Shown here: one piece after another, positions 62,728 to 64,000 of the stretch
How the letters are laid out: every line of letters begins with the position of its first letter
How positions within the stretch are numbered: the first letter of the stretch is position 1
NCBI RefSeq assembly: GCF_044704955.1
Contig: NC_091978.1
Span: 191,332,001 to 191,396,000 of the forward strand
Length of the DNA stretch: 64,000 nt
Direction of reading: 5' to 3'
From: Pristiophorus japonicus
Lineage: Eukaryota
Notes under the pieces: model-generated
Told to the model about the DNA's origin: nothing
The model's input: the letters and a program-made list of their open reading frames with translations, nothing else
Databases searched by the model: none
Translations under genes and position numbers: made by a program

Positions 62728-62902
62728 ACAGGTCTAAGGTTACTTCCCAGTCAAGATATAGACACCTTACACTGTACCTCTCCGAAGTCCAGGTCGGTGA
62801 CATGTCAATGGCATTTAAGAAGCATTGATCCTGAAGGTTCAGCTCCTCGGACTGTAAATCTCCTGGCCTTTAGTCTGTTAGTTCAACATGTCTGTCATTA
62901 GT

Positions 62903-64000
62903 TGTTATGTATGTAAACTTGTATATACGTTCTACAGCCACCAGAGGGCTCATCCCCTGGAGTCCCAATGGATCCCACAATCTCTTGGGAGCACAGGTAC
63001 TTAAGGAGGCCTCACAGGCTGGAGAGGCACTCTCGAGACCTACAATAAAAGACTAAGGTCACACTTTACTTTGAGCTCACAGTATCCAGTCAGGCTCTTT
63101 ATTAGTATATAACAACTAGCGATGAGATACAGATGACGAACCCAATGATGCAGAGAACAGTGGGCATCCTGGAGAAATTCTCAGAGGGAGATGATTGGGA
63201 AACCTTTGTGGAGCAACTCCACCAATACTTCGTGGCCAATGAGCTGGAAGGAGAAGCGAATGCTGCCAAATGAAGGGCGATTCTCTTCACCGTCTGTGGG
63301 GCACCAATGTATGGCCTCTTGAAAAATCTGCTTGCTTCAGCGAAACCCACAGAGAAATCATACGATGATTTGTGCACACTGGTCCGGGATCAACTGAACC
63401 CGAAGGAAAGCGTTCTGATGGCGAGGTACCGGTTCTAAGCCTACAAAAGGTCTGAAGGCCAGGAAGTGGCGAGTTATGTCGCCGAGCTATGATGCCTTGC
63501 AGGATATTGCAAATTTGAAGGACATTTGGAGCACATGCTCAGAGACGTTTTTGTACTTGGCATTGGCTATGAAGCGATACTTTGCAAATTTTGACTGTAG
63601 AGACCCCAACCTTGAGTAAGGCCATAGCGATAGCCCAGGCGTTCATTGCCACCAGTGACAATACTAAGCAAATCTCTCAGCACACGAGTGCTGCAACAAG
63701 TACTGTGAACAAAGTGATGTTGTTTTCAAATCGCAACATACAGGGCAGGTCCCACATGCCTGCAGCTGCACGTCCGCAGATGCCTCAGAGTCCAACATCA
63801 AGGGTGATGAATGCAAGGCCATTAACACTTTGTTGGTGCTGCGGGGGTGATCGTCATTTCCATTCATGCTGCTTCAAAGGGTACATTTTTAAGGGCAATG
63901 GGACACCTCCAATGTATGTGCAGGCGAGCTCCAAACCCTGTTAATCCTGCAAACCACCATGTTGCAGAGGAGGACAGATCCACGATGGATCATGATGAAC
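62903..64000 (+). mobile_element. Gypsy element (same family as 2433-6793): 5' LTR, PBS and degraded gag, running off the right edge
   Basis: LTR 62903-63114, PBS TAGCGATGAG, gag MQRTVGILEKFSEGDDWETF from 63148 with several stops. Confidence 0.93.

Overview
Vertebrate genomic DNA that is almost entirely decayed, nested transposable elements. The CR1 LINE, Deu-type SINE and Penelope-type foldback repeat content suggests a cartilaginous fish (inference). It holds six Gypsy LTR-retrotransposon copies (four with both LTRs and 5-bp TSDs), three solo LTRs, four large PIF/Harbinger DNA transposons (HARBI1-like transposase plus convergent Myb/SANT gene or remnant), many CR1 fragments, two Deu-domain SINEs and two minisatellites. 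The stand-out is a degraded retrovirus-like element at about 47.2-51.8 kb (minus strand). It has a His-containing RNase H, an integrase, an env that by eye resembles a pneumo/paramyxovirus F fusion protein (lokiretrovirus-like) with an extra N-terminal domain, and an open 200-codon ORF after env. There is also a split hammerhead-ribozyme foldback element and two possible plus-strand host exons. No intact TE gene is present. All homology calls come from motif reading and recalled sequences, not searches.
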